DNA of 32,000 nt from Mycobacterium leprae TN (GTDB taxonomy: Bacteria > Actinomycetota > Actinomycetes > Mycobacteriales > Mycobacteriaceae). Every line of letters starts with the position of its first letter. Positions within the stretch are counted from its first letter, which is position 1. This document shows, one piece after another, positions 31,720 through 32,000 of the stretch. The DNA lies in the NCBI RefSeq assembly GCF_000195855.1, contig NC_002677.1, forward strand, positions 30,001-62,000, given 5' to 3'. Below the pieces are notes generated by a model. It was not told the DNA's origin and searched no databases. It worked only from the letters and a program-made list of their open reading frames with translations. The position numbers and the translations under genes were made by a program.

Positions 31720-32000
31720 TCAGAAGTTCATCTTCGAGGACAACAATTGGTTTGCTTCATCGTCGGTCTTGGTGTAGTTGCCGCCGGACCGGTTCAGCTT
31801 ATCGACGATGCTTTCCAGCTGTCTGATCTGGTCTTGCATGGCTTCGTCGAAGCGCCCCAACGCACCAAGGGCTGCCGAGGCGGCCTGGCCCTCCCAGGTG
31901 TTCTGAAAGCTCTGTCCGATGCTGTCAACAAAGTTCCGTTCTTGGCTGAGGCCGGACGCAATTTGATCGAACTGTGCTGCCTGCTGGGTGAGGATCGCGG
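31720..32000 (-). CDS. esxB: 10 kDa culture filtrate antigen CFP-10, 5' end cut by the window edge
   Basis: Reverse complement ends DEANQLLSSKMNF* (stop at 31720-31722), with the NTWEG WXG-type turn. The start codon is predicted just outside the window (about 32022). Confidence 0.95.
   Translation of the reverse strand, partial: AILTQQAAQFDQIASGLSQERNFVDSIGQSFQNTWEGQAASAALGALGRFDEAMQDQIRQLESIVDKLNRSGGNYTKTDDEANQLLSSKMNF

Overview
This window looks like Mycobacterium leprae chromosome. The strongest marker is an RLEP dispersed repeat at about 9.27-10.0 kb: the published RLEP PCR primer sites lie at 9660-9679 and 9769-9788, giving the expected 129-bp spacing. Intact genes I can support, using remembered M. 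tuberculosis/M. leprae proteins: a YqgE/UPF0301 protein (Rv0038-like), a small membrane protein (Rv0039c-like), the proline-rich 28 kDa antigen (mtc28, Rv0040c-like), leuS, and part of the ESX-1 type VII secretion locus (mycP1, eccE1, espL, eccD1, espI, esxA, and esxB truncated by the window edge). Most of the rest is decayed. There is an Rv0037c-like MFS pseudogene, a YfeH/bile-acid-symporter-like pseudogene, and espB, espK and espJ pseudogenes. From 10.4 to 18.7 kb lies an unannotated decayed stretch that I read as the remains of an ESX-2 locus in conserved order (esxD?, esxC, espG2, ?, eccD2, mycP2, eccE2?, eccA2). An IS110-family transposase remnant sits between eccA2 and mycP1. The most notable non-coding signals are a perfect 60-nt palindrome at 15886-15945 and a perfect 18-bp-arm hairpin at 26207-26246 inside the espK pseudogene. 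I found no convincing new biological system. The interesting content is the genome-decay record, the synteny break at leuS/RLEP/ESX-2, and the inverted-repeat structures. All homology statements come from recalled sequences, not database searches.
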